In this document: one piece after another, positions 8,450 through 16,717 of the stretch
Layout of the letters: every line of letters begins with the position of its first letter
How positions within the stretch are numbered: position 1 is the stretch's first letter
DNA from: Enterococcus phage EFC-1
Sequence record: KJ608188.1
Strand: one strand, 5' to 3'
DNA: 40,286 nucleotides
Translations under genes and position numbers: made by a program
Notes under the pieces: generated by a model
The model's database searches: none
What the model saw: only the letters and a program-made list of their open reading frames with translations
Told to the model about the DNA's origin: nothing

Positions 8450-10054
8450 ATGAAGCTCAGACCATATCAAGAGGAAGCACGTTCTGCTGTTCAAAATGAA
8501 TGGCAGAATAACAAAAAGAAAACATTATTAGTTTTGCCTACAGGCTGTGGTAAAACGATAGTATTTAGCAAAATAATTGAAGACCGCGTAAGGGCAGGCG
8601 AGCGTGTGCTCGTCCTTGCTCATCGTGGTGAATTATTAGATCAAGCCTCTGACAAATTAGAAAAGTCAACAGGGCTAAAAACAGCAACTGAAAAAGCAGA
8701 ACAGACTAGTCTAGGCAGTTTTTTAAGAGTAGTTGTTGGTTCTGTGCAAACCATGCAACGAGAAAAACGTTTAAGTAAGTTTCCACCAGATTATTTTGAC
8801 ACTATAGTAGTTGATGAAGCTCACCACTGTATCAGTGAAGGGTATCAACGAGTATTAAAACATTTTGATGAATCGAATGTGTTAGGCGTAACCGCAACGC
8901 CAGATCGTGGAGACATGAGAAATCTAGGTTCTTATTTTGAAAGTTTAGCTTATGAATATTCATTAGTGCAAGCTATCAAAGAAGGGTATCTATCACCAAT
9001 AAAGGCCCTAACTATTCCTTTAAAATTAGATTTATCAGGTGTAAAACAGCAAACTGGCGATTTCTCTACTAAAGATTTAGGAACGGCATTAGATCCATAC
9101 TTGGAACAAATTGCTGAAGAAATGGTTAAACACTGCATAAACAGGAAAACAGTTGTTTTTTTACCATTAGTTAAAACTTCCAAAAAATTTAGAGACATTT
9201 TAAATAGTAAAGGTTTTAGAGCTGCAGAAGTAAATGGAGATTCAAAGGATCGTCAAGAAATTTTAGAAGATTTCGACAATGATAAATATAACGTACTCTG
9301 CAACTCGATGTTACTAACAGAAGGCTGGGATTGCCCTTCGGTGGATTGTGTAGTCGTTTTAAGACCAACAAAAGTTCGGTCCTTATATTCTCAAATGATA
9401 GGACGTGGCACACGTTTATTTCCTGGAAAGGAAGAATTATTGCTTTTAGATTTTTTATGGCATACAGAAAGACATGAGTTGTGCCATCCAGCGCATTTGA
9501 TAGCAAATAGTGATGAAGTAGCTAAAAAAATGACTGAGAACATTGAAGAAGCAGGTGCTCAAGGTTTCGCTATGGATATTGAAGAAGCTGAAGTTCAAGC
9601 AGAAAAAGATGTTATTGCAGAAAGAGAAGAAGCATTAGCAAAGCAGCTTGAAGAAATGCGTAAGCGTAAACGAAAATTAGTTGATCCTCTTCAATTTGAA
9701 ATGTCTATCCAAGCGGAAGATTTAACTGGTTATGTTCCTAGTTTTGGATGGGAAATGGGGCCGCCTTCAAGTCAACAAGTTTCAGCATTAGAAAAATTAG
9801 GAATATTACCAGATGCAATTGATAACGCTGGTAAAGCTAGTCTAATACTTGATCGATTACAAAAAAGAAAAGAAGCTGGGTTGGCAACACCTAAGCAAAT
9901 CAGATTATTGGAACAGCGTGGATTTAAGAATGTCGGTACATGGTCCTTTGATGGTGCAAGTAAAATGATTAATCGCATTGCTGCAAATGGATGGAGATTA
10001 CCAAATGGTATTAATCCAAAAACATATCAAGAAGGTGGTACGCATGCCGTTTAA
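8450..10054 (+). CDS. DEAD/DEAH-box (SF2, ResIII/SNF2-like) DNA helicase
   Basis: Motif I LVLPTGCGKT and motif II VVDEAHH, TAT motif (VTATP). C-terminal helicase-C region (LLTEGWDCP, QMIGRGTR). ATG at 8450 with GAAGGTG RBS. Confidence 0.7.
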   Translation: MKLRPYQEEARSAVQNEWQNNKKKTLLVLPTGCGKTIVFSKIIEDRVRAGERVLVLAHRGELLDQASDKLEKSTGLKTATEKAEQTSLGSFLRVVVGSVQTMQREKRLSKFPPDYFDTIVVDEAHHCISEGYQRVLKHFDESNVLGVTATPDRGDMRNLGSYFESLAYEYSLVQAIKEGYLSPIKALTIPLKLDLSGVKQQTGDFSTKDLGTALDPYLEQIAEEMVKHCINRKTVVFLPLVKTSKKFRDILNSKGFRAAEVNGDSKDRQEILEDFDNDKYNVLCNSMLLTEGWDCPSVDCVVVLRPTKVRSLYSQMIGRGTRLFPGKEELLLLDFLWHTERHELCHPAHLIANSDEVAKKMTENIEEAGAQGFAMDIEEAEVQAEKDVIAEREEALAKQLEEMRKRKRKLVDPLQFEMSIQAEDLTGYVPSFGWEMGPPSSQQVSALEKLGILPDAIDNAGKASLILDRLQKRKEAGLATPKQIRLLEQRGFKNVGTWSFDGASKMINRIAANGWRLPNGINPKTYQEGGTHAV

Positions 10055-10370
10055 AAACAAACAAATTGAACGGTTAGTTTATATAGTAGAAAACATTCCT
10101 GATTGGGAAAATAATCCTACACTTGTTGAAGAGGTAAAAAAGCTACGTAAGCCTTCACAAGAAGGCATTCATAAGTCGAAGACCAGAATAAGAAACAGGG
10201 CAATGGCAAGATATCGTTTATATGAAAATGGTAGTTATGTTACTACCCAGTCGATTAATATGCTATCGGAATACACTGGTCTTTCAGAAATATCATTATA
10301 TCAAATGCTGGATGTTGAGAGAGTAAACCGTGATGGTGTGCGCAGAAAAATTGAAAGATTGAAAAATTAA
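10044..10370 (+). CDS. hypothetical protein (108 aa), possible HTH
   Basis: Track ORF 9978..10370, trimmed to the ATG at 10044 with GAAGGTGG RBS just after the helicase stop. Confidence 0.35.
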   Translation: MPFKNKQIERLVYIVENIPDWENNPTLVEEVKKLRKPSQEGIHKSKTRIRNRAMARYRLYENGSYVTTQSINMLSEYTGLSEISLYQMLDVERVNRDGVRRKIERLKN

Positions 10371-10426
10371 CCAGAAAGGAGTGGAGTTTGTGGCCACAGT
10401 AAAGAATTCTTTACTCCTTTGAAATT

Positions 10427-10909
10427 ATGAAAAGAATACTTGATGCCTGTTGTGGTAGCAGAATGTTTTGGTTTGATAAGCAAAACGAACAAGTTTTGTT
10501 TATGGACAACAGAGAACATTACGAAAAATTAGACAGCGGGCATGTTATCGATGTTAATCCTAATCTAGTTGCAGATTTTAGAAATATGCCTTTTGAGGAT
10601 AATTCGTTTTATCATGTAGTATTTGATCCTCCACATTTATTGAGAGCTGGTAGTAACAGCTGGCTGTCCAAAAAATATGGAAAGCTGAATGAGCAAACTT
10701 GGAAAGAAGATATTCAAAAAGGTTTTTCGGAATGTATGAGAGTCTTAAAACCTAACGGGACATTAGTTTTCAAATGGAATGAAGACCAAATCAGGCTATC
10801 TGAAATATTAAGCATAATTGACTATGAGCCATTATATGGCAATAAAAGAGCGAAAACGCACTGGTTAGTGTTTATGAAAGAGAGTGAAGAAGATGATTCC
10901 AAAGTTTAG
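10427..10909 (+). CDS. small orphan DNA methyltransferase (amino-methyltransferase, N6-adenine or N4-cytosine type)
   Basis: Motif I-like ILDACCGSRMFWF (SAM-binding G-rich loop) followed about 55 aa later by VVFDPPHL (catalytic DPPY/DPPH motif IV). No adjacent restriction endonuclease. The ATG at 10427 has no SD but lies 4 nt after a 10-codon uORF (GTG 10390, stop 10420-10422) that is preceded by AAAGGAG. Confidence 0.5.
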   Translation: MKRILDACCGSRMFWFDKQNEQVLFMDNREHYEKLDSGHVIDVNPNLVADFRNMPFEDNSFYHVVFDPPHLLRAGSNSWLSKKYGKLNEQTWKEDIQKGFSECMRVLKPNGTLVFKWNEDQIRLSEILSIIDYEPLYGNKRAKTHWLVFMKESEEDDSKV

Positions 10910-11375
10910 AGCATATTCAGTAGAAGAAAACATAATGTATTATCCAGATGAAGATAAAAATGTAGAATGGACTATTGATGATGATACAGGGTTTATAGCG
11001 CCTCTTATCAATCTAGAAAATGGCATGTGGGGAATGATTGATAAGTATGTTCTCATGCAATCAACAGGGTTTAAAGATGATAACGGAGTTGAAATTTTTG
11101 AAGGAGACGTGGTCAACATTCATTGGTTTTATATTGATTATGATCCTGAAACTCTCGGAGCTATTGAAAACGAAGCGACAGCAGAAAAAGTAGTGATAAC
11201 AAAAGAATTTGGAAATCTTGGATTCTGGTGGAATAGCGGTGATGATTGGGTTGATTTGGCAACGTTGGCACTTACTGTCCAATTGCACGAAGAATCATTT
11301 GAGCTTTTAGGCAATGTCCACGAGAACCCAGAGCTATTGGAGAAAGCGAGTGAAGAAGATGATTCCGAAGTTTAG
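10893..11375 (+). CDS. YopX-family phage protein (paralogue 1)
   Basis: N-terminus MIPKFRAYSVEE matches the YopX N-terminal signature (KFRAW/Y). The ORF track starts at GTG 10884; the ATG at 10893 is preferred. Confidence 0.55.
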   Translation: MIPKFRAYSVEENIMYYPDEDKNVEWTIDDDTGFIAPLINLENGMWGMIDKYVLMQSTGFKDDNGVEIFEGDVVNIHWFYIDYDPETLGAIENEATAEKVVITKEFGNLGFWWNSGDDWVDLATLALTVQLHEESFELLGNVHENPELLEKASEEDDSEV

Positions 11376-11769
11376 AGCAAGAGATGAACGAGGAAGCTGG
11401 CATATTGGACTTTTAACTTTTATGTTTGGCCAGTATGCCATCGTAAATGAATCAGATGAAAATTCGGTTTATCTGATTGATAAGGAAACAGTCGGACAAT
11501 CAACAGGGTTGAAAGACAAGAACGGCGTTGAAATTTTTGAGGGTGATATTTTGAAAATAATAGAAGTAACAAATGAAGGTATTTCAGAATACATCACTGA
11601 TGTTATTTGGGAAGACTGTTCATTCGTGTTTAAAAGTGAGGGTGTAGATTACTATGACTCTTTTTTAGGGGCATTTTCAGGAGATCCAAATAAGACATAC
11701 CCACTTTTTGAACTATTAGTCATCGGAAATGTATGGGATAACTCAAAACTATTGGAGGAAGCGGAATGA
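11359..11769 (+). CDS. YopX-family phage protein (paralogue 2)
   Basis: N-terminus MIPKFRARDERG. Shares the GxEIFEGD block with paralogue 1 (GVEIFEGDVV vs GVEIFEGDIL). Track ORF 11314 trimmed to the ATG at 11359, which sits in the same repeated junction sequence as paralogue 1. Confidence 0.55.
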   Translation: MIPKFRARDERGSWHIGLLTFMFGQYAIVNESDENSVYLIDKETVGQSTGLKDKNGVEIFEGDILKIIEVTNEGISEYITDVIWEDCSFVFKSEGVDYYDSFLGAFSGDPNKTYPLFELLVIGNVWDNSKLLEEAE

Positions 11770-11933
11770 AACGATTAAAAATAAGCTATATAGATTTAGC
11801 TGTAATAATTGAAAGCATCTATTACGGAGAAGATGAAGATGTTTCTGATATTGAGGACTTATTGAAATATTTGCGTAATAACGGACATCTGTCTACTGTT
11901 TTAACAGTTTCAAGGGGGATTAGCGATGAATAA
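11766..11933 (+). CDS. small acidic hypothetical protein (55 aa)
   Basis: ATG overlaps the upstream stop (ATGA) and its stop overlaps the next start (ATGAATAA), so it is translationally coupled. Below the 60-aa cutoff of the track. Confidence 0.35.
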   Translation: MKRLKISYIDLAVIIESIYYGEDEDVSDIEDLLKYLRNNGHLSTVLTVSRGISDE

Positions 11934-12663
11934 ACAAGAATTGATTGAAAGAATAGATAGCAAAATGTTCGCATATCCCTCGATAGAGCCAGAAACAGAA
12001 GATGACACAACAGTAGAGTTTAAAAAAGGTTTTAACTGTGCATGTGAAAATATTAAACGTTTAGCAGATCAGAAACTAGACGAACCAGAAAAAGTAGTGG
12101 TGCCGAAGTTCGTTGCGAAAAAAATTGAATCATACGGTTCTGCGCTTGAAATGTTGGCAAATGAGTATTTTGACCAATCATCTGAAGAAGTTGACAGTGA
12201 TGAGTTGGCGTGTTGGATCGATGGAAATGCTGATTTGTTTTTTAATGCTTGGGTTTGCGGCTACGAAGTCGAGAAAGAGCAATTGTATTGGGCGGTCAGA
12301 GGTGTTACAGATTATTTTAGATGCGACGAGAAAATTATTGTTTTTAAAAAGGAAGAAGAAGCGTTGGAAGTTGCTAATCTCATTGGTATAAATACAGAAG
12401 TTAAAAAAATGGATAGTATCGATTGCTCAGAATGCATATCAATTGAAGAGTTAAGGAATGAAAATGAAGAACCTCTATTTTATGTTGCTTTACCAAAAAT
12501 CGGTGACACAGAGTTTTGTTATCTTTGGACTGATACCGATGGAGCTGTATATACACAAGGCAATAAAGGGTTATGCATCGGAAGACTGAAACATACAGAA
12601 CAAGAAATCAAAGCAATTGATGAGCGTTACTGGCCGTTTGCTGTGAAAGTTGATGGTGAATAG
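11926..12663 (+). CDS. hypothetical acidic, Cys-containing protein (245 aa)
   Basis: Intact ORF; several Cys pairs; no family recognised. Confidence 0.45.
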   Translation: MNKQELIERIDSKMFAYPSIEPETEDDTTVEFKKGFNCACENIKRLADQKLDEPEKVVVPKFVAKKIESYGSALEMLANEYFDQSSEEVDSDELACWIDGNADLFFNAWVCGYEVEKEQLYWAVRGVTDYFRCDEKIIVFKKEEEALEVANLIGINTEVKKMDSIDCSECISIEELRNENEEPLFYVALPKIGDTEFCYLWTDTDGAVYTQGNKGLCIGRLKHTEQEIKAIDERYWPFAVKVDGE

Positions 12664-12849
12664 ATGAAACGCAACTGGAAAAGAGTAATAAATAAATTTA
12701 GTGGCATTGCAATAATGATTCTTGTAGCAAAAGCAACCGTGAGCTATTTCGTGTATGGAAATTCCATAACAAACAGTGACCTAGTTTATTTCCTTTCATG
12801 CTCGTTTATTTTGGGATTAGGACTATATTTAGGAGGTTCCAGCGTATGA
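12664..12849 (+). CDS. small membrane protein (61 aa)
   Basis: ATG immediately after the upstream stop; two hydrophobic helices. Confidence 0.35.
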   Translation: MKRNWKRVINKFSGIAIMILVAKATVSYFVYGNSITNSDLVYFLSCSFILGLGLYLGGSSV

Positions 12850-13049
12850 GTTATCCAGAAGTTTATATCTTAGGGCGACAAGTCGATGGCGTTTATGTTG
12901 AGTATCTGAGAAGAACGTTTTACACATTATCAGATGCTAAACGTAATGCAGATTTTTATAACAAACACTATAATGGCGAATGGAAAATTTTAAAATACGG
13001 TAGACCAATAACGGTCGAATTAAACAACAAAATTAAAAAAGAGAGCTGA
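12846..13049 (+). CDS. hypothetical protein (67 aa)
   Basis: Track ORF 12798 trimmed to the ATG at 12846, preceded by GGAGG. Confidence 0.35.
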   Translation: MSYPEVYILGRQVDGVYVEYLRRTFYTLSDAKRNADFYNKHYNGEWKILKYGRPITVELNNKIKKES

Positions 13050-13057
13050 ACATACAA

Positions 13058-15277
13058 ATGGAGAACAAGTTAGATTTAATTGAGTTACTAGAATACATTG
13101 ACCCAGCTTCTCTTGGTTACCAGGAGTGGGTCAATGTTGGAATGGCGCTAAAACAAGAAGGGTACACAGCTGTCGATTGGGATCAATGGAGCCAATCAGA
13201 TAGCCGATATCACTCAGGAGAATGTTTTAAAAAATGGGAGTCTTTTCAAGGAACCTCTTCACCAATTACGGGTGCTACAATTACACAGTTGGCCAAAGAA
13301 AACGGATGGACTTCGCTATTCAAATCAGGAGATGGTGGCCATGAGCTGGATTGGAATGATACTTTACAAAAAGATGACCTGGTTATCATTGACCGAAATT
13401 GGATTGAAGGAAAAGAAATTCAGGAACCTAAGAAGTGGGAGCCAGCGAAAGAAATTATTCGCTATTTAGAAACATTGTTTGAACCGTCTGAAACAGTGGC
13501 TTACAATGTCCAGTCGTGGCAAGACGAAGATGGAAAGTGGAAACCTTCTAACAAAGGTGCATATGACAGAACTGCCGGTCAGTTAATCGAAGAATTGACC
13601 CATTGCGGGGATGACATTGGAGCAGTACTAGGGGACTATAATGAAGAAGCTGGGGCTTGGATTCGTTTTAATCCTATGGATGGAAAAGGCGTAAAAAATG
13701 ACAATGTAACAGAATTTAGATATGCATTAGTAGAGTCTGACAATATGGGGCTTGAACAACAAAATGCTATCATGCGAGAACTAGAGCTTCCTATTGCTGC
13801 CATGCTGTATAGCGGAAAGAAATCAATACATGCTATCGTTCGAGTAGATGCAGATAACTATGCTGAATATAGAAAGCGTGTTGATTACTTATATGATGTC
13901 TGCAAAAAGAATGGGTTAACGAATGATAATCAAAATAGAAATCCTTCTCGTTTAAGCAGAATGCCTGGGGTACTGCGTGGAGACAAAAAACAATTTATCA
14001 TCGATACCAATATAGGGAAATCTACTTGGGACGAGTGGAAAGAATGGATTGAAAGCGTTAATGACGATTTGCCTGATCCAGAAAGCCTAGAAGATTTGTT
14101 CGCAAAGCCAATTGAATTAGCACCAGAACTAATTAAAGGCATGCTAAGACAAGGCCATAAGATGCTTATAGCTGGTCCATCAAAAGCTGGAAAGTCTTTT
14201 TCATTGATACAATTAGCTATTGCAATTGCTGAAGGTCGCCAATGGTTCGGTTTTGATTGCGAAAAGGGGAAGGTATTATATGTAAACCTTGAGTTAGATG
14301 AACGGTCCGCAAAAGTTCGTTTTGTTGATATCTATGAAAAATTAGGTCAGGGCCACTCCAATGTATCAAATATTGATATATGGAATTTACGTGGAAAGAC
14401 AAGTCCAATGGATAAATTGGCGCCTAAGTTGATTAGACGTGCACAGAAATCTAATTACATGGCTGTGATTATTGATCCAATCTATAAAGTTCTGACTGGT
14501 GATGAAAATAGCGCCCATGAAATGGCTAAGTTTACCAACCAGTTCGATAAAATAGCTACGGAATTAGATTGTGCAGTAATCTATTGCCATCATCATTCAA
14601 AAGGATCGCAAGGAGGTAAAAATTCAATTGATCGTTCAAGTGGTAGCGGAGTATTTGCCAGGGATCCCGATGCGATTTTAGATCTAATCGAGTTGCCTAT
14701 TACAGAAGATAGGTATATGGCTTTAGAGAATGAAGCAATTTGTCAGACTTATGAACAAGCAATAAAAAAATATAATCCATCATATAACGCCATTAGCCAA
14801 GATGATGTGTTTAGTACAAAACAAATGGGAATGCACTTAATGAGTGCAATTAAATCTCAAGCTATTTTACAGGAAGTTGAATTAGAAAGACAAAAGGCAG
14901 TTCGTGCAGCTCGACAATGCACGGCTTGGAGAATTGATGGCACGCTTCGGGAATTCCCTAAGTTTGATCCTATCAATGCATGGTTCCAATATCCTATTCA
15001 TGTCCTCGATGATTCATTGAAAGATATTTCGCTAGAAGACAATCCTAAAGAAAACTGGAAAAAAGGCGTCAGCAAGTCTAATCAATCGAGAAGTGAAAAA
15101 TCTAAGCAAGAACTAGAAACAGCGTTCAGTGCATTATCTATAGATGGTGGACCAGTAGAAGTCCATGAGTTAGCAGAGTATTTAGATATGTCTAGGCAAT
15201 CAATCTATAACAAGGTAAAAAAACATGGTGGCTATAAAATAATAGAAGGATATGTCGAAAAAATGAAAAAAGATTAA
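13058..15277 (+). CDS. phage DNA primase/replicative NTPase fusion: PriCT_2-like N-terminus, AEP/prim-pol-like core, RecA/DnaB-like P-loop NTPase C-terminal half
   Basis: N-terminus ELLEYIDPASLGYQEWVNVGMALKQEGY resembles the primase C-terminal 2 (PriCT_2) domain. Walker A GPSKAGKSFSLIQLAIAIAEG and Walker B-like MAVIIDPIYK are typical of phage/plasmid primase-helicases. 739 aa. Confidence 0.65.
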   Translation: MENKLDLIELLEYIDPASLGYQEWVNVGMALKQEGYTAVDWDQWSQSDSRYHSGECFKKWESFQGTSSPITGATITQLAKENGWTSLFKSGDGGHELDWNDTLQKDDLVIIDRNWIEGKEIQEPKKWEPAKEIIRYLETLFEPSETVAYNVQSWQDEDGKWKPSNKGAYDRTAGQLIEELTHCGDDIGAVLGDYNEEAGAWIRFNPMDGKGVKNDNVTEFRYALVESDNMGLEQQNAIMRELELPIAAMLYSGKKSIHAIVRVDADNYAEYRKRVDYLYDVCKKNGLTNDNQNRNPSRLSRMPGVLRGDKKQFIIDTNIGKSTWDEWKEWIESVNDDLPDPESLEDLFAKPIELAPELIKGMLRQGHKMLIAGPSKAGKSFSLIQLAIAIAEGRQWFGFDCEKGKVLYVNLELDERSAKVRFVDIYEKLGQGHSNVSNIDIWNLRGKTSPMDKLAPKLIRRAQKSNYMAVIIDPIYKVLTGDENSAHEMAKFTNQFDKIATELDCAVIYCHHHSKGSQGGKNSIDRSSGSGVFARDPDAILDLIELPITEDRYMALENEAICQTYEQAIKKYNPSYNAISQDDVFSTKQMGMHLMSAIKSQAILQEVELERQKAVRAARQCTAWRIDGTLREFPKFDPINAWFQYPIHVLDDSLKDISLEDNPKENWKKGVSKSNQSRSEKSKQELETAFSALSIDGGPVEVHELAEYLDMSRQSIYNKVKKHGGYKIIEGYVEKMKKD

Positions 15278-15332
15278 CGTAAACAGCTATTAGGTATTTA
15301 CTAGCTTAATACAAAACGTTCTATCCGTTGTA

Positions 15333-15359
15333 AGCTATTTAGCTATTTAAAGCTATTTA
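15333..15359. repeat. three direct iterons AGCTATTTA (15333, 15341, 15351)
   Basis: Tandem 9-mers with 8- and 10-bp phasing, immediately downstream of the primase gene. Confidence 0.5.
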
Positions 15360-15393
15360 CAGTCAAAAAACATTGTTATACCGCTGTCCGCTA

Positions 15394-15438
15394 CCCTTAT
15401 CAATAGCTCCCTTCCAGGGATAGCTATTGATAAAAGGG
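15394..15438. repeat. large imperfect hairpin (about 18 paired bp, 5-nt loop) built from inverted iteron-like AGCTATTGA motifs
   Basis: CCCTTATCAATAGCTCCC ttcca GGGATAGCTATTGATAAAAGGG. Together with the iterons this is a candidate replication origin. Confidence 0.45.
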
Positions 15439-15520
15439 TGGAGCGTGACAAAAATAGAATTTGAAAGAATGAAAAATATTGGACTATACCAAAATAAAAT
15501 AACAAGAAATGAGGATTATT

Positions 15521-15748
15521 ATGGTTAAGAATGAAAAGCTTGAAATTATACACAAGCAGGTAGATGAAGCTGCGAAAAGCATGTTGAATGATATAAAAAA
15601 TGAATGTGATAACTTTGGGGAAGTTAAAGTTGAACTCAACAAAAGATTGAAAGGTACAAAGTGGGAAAATAATGATGCGATTTATATTGAAGTTGTTTTA
15701 AGAAGTATAAAATTGTTTGAAAAAGAAATTGACACAATTAGTTGCTAA
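15521..15748 (+). CDS. hypothetical protein (75 aa)
   Basis: Track ORF 15509 trimmed to the ATG at 15521 (GAGGA 5 nt upstream). Confidence 0.35.
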   Translation: MVKNEKLEIIHKQVDEAAKSMLNDIKNECDNFGEVKVELNKRLKGTKWENNDAIYIEVVLRSIKLFEKEIDTISC

Positions 15749-15767
15749 ACTAACTGTGTCAGATAGA

Positions 15768-16037
15768 TTATAAAAGTTCAAATTTAACAATAGAGTTTGA
15801 AGAATATATGATATCAGGTTTCTCAATATCATAAAAATACTCAGAGTTAGCCAATAACTCAACAAAGCTAGGAGTCAAATGGTTGTGATGGTGTCTCCAT
15901 AATGAGTAATTAGCTGATAAAGATGGATAAAAAACATCATTATCTTTATCTTTTAATTTTACAATTGAAGTAAACGTTTGGTCTTCGTGGAATACTTCAG
16001 TAGAACCATCAGCAAATGTTACCTTGATTTCTGGCAT
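15768..16037 (-). CDS. hypothetical protein (89 aa) on the opposite strand inside the + strand replication module (moron-like)
   Basis: Strong RBS GGAGGTG 7 nt upstream of the ATG on the minus strand. His cluster RHHHNH. No family recognised. Confidence 0.45.
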   Translation of the reverse strand: MPEIKVTFADGSTEVFHEDQTFTSIVKLKDKDNDVFYPSLSANYSLWRHHHNHLTPSFVELLANSEYFYDIEKPDIIYSSNSIVKFELL

Positions 16038-16091
16038 AATAATTCACCTCCTTTAAAAGGAGTATATCAAATTGCAGAATAGGATGATATT

Positions 16092-16487
16092 ATGATTGAA
16101 TTTTTTCTAAATATAATTCCGCCAGAAACTACCCATCAGCAGAAGAAAGTCCACGTAGTGAAAAACAAGCCAGTATTTTATGAGCCAGACGATTTGAAAA
16201 AGGCACGTGCTAAGTTGATGGCTCACTTATCGAAACATGTACCGAACGAAAAATTTGAGGTGCCTGTTCGGATGATGGTGAAGTGGTGTTTCCCAGTTGT
16301 GGGCAATCATAGTAATGGTGAGTACAAATATACAAAACCCGACTTAGATAATAGTAATAAGCTGTTGCAAGACTGTATGACAAAACTGAATTTCTGGAAA
16401 GATGACAGCTATGTTGTCAGTTTAATCACTGAAAAGTTTTGGGCAGATGTTCCAGGGATTTATATCAAAGTGGAGGCGATTGAATGA
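16092..16487 (+). CDS. rusA: RusA-family Holliday junction resolvase
   Basis: 131 aa. Acidic catalytic pattern KPDLDNSNK...KDDSYV (D-x-D-N ... DD) typical of RusA. Position before the late regulator is typical. Confidence 0.55.
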   Translation: MIEFFLNIIPPETTHQQKKVHVVKNKPVFYEPDDLKKARAKLMAHLSKHVPNEKFEVPVRMMVKWCFPVVGNHSNGEYKYTKPDLDNSNKLLQDCMTKLNFWKDDSYVVSLITEKFWADVPGIYIKVEAIE

Positions 16488-16717
16488 ATTGGTCCAATGT
16501 ATTTATAGATATTCAACAATGGATGGCTGATTCTAACCATATATCTAAAAAATATCCAATCACTTCAGATAAATATTGGGATTGGTTAATACAGTCAATC
16601 GGAGAATTAGGAAATCGCTATAACAATCATCCAGTTGTATTAGCATTCTTAACGGTATTGATCAAAATTCAAGAAGATAGTTATAAACAGGTTGTGGGAG
16701 GTAATGCCAATGGCTGA
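16484..16717 (+). CDS. hypothetical protein (77 aa)
   Basis: Coupled ORF (ATGA overlap). Confidence 0.35.
   Translation: MNWSNVFIDIQQWMADSNHISKKYPITSDKYWDWLIQSIGELGNRYNNHPVVLAFLTVLIKIQEDSYKQVVGGNANG

Noticed and set aside
8950-9978. Three minus-strand ORFs inside the helicase gene
   Set aside because: Antisense to helicase with canonical motifs
11061-12391. ORFs 11061..11288 (-), 11822..12010 (-), 12113..12391 (+)
   Set aside because: Overlap the YopX genes and the 245-aa gene in alternative frames; no RBS; low complexity
15353-15553. 66-aa minus-strand ORF across the iteron/hairpin region
   Set aside because: Runs through repeats and a hairpin; hydrophobic low-complexity product; region interpreted as the origin instead
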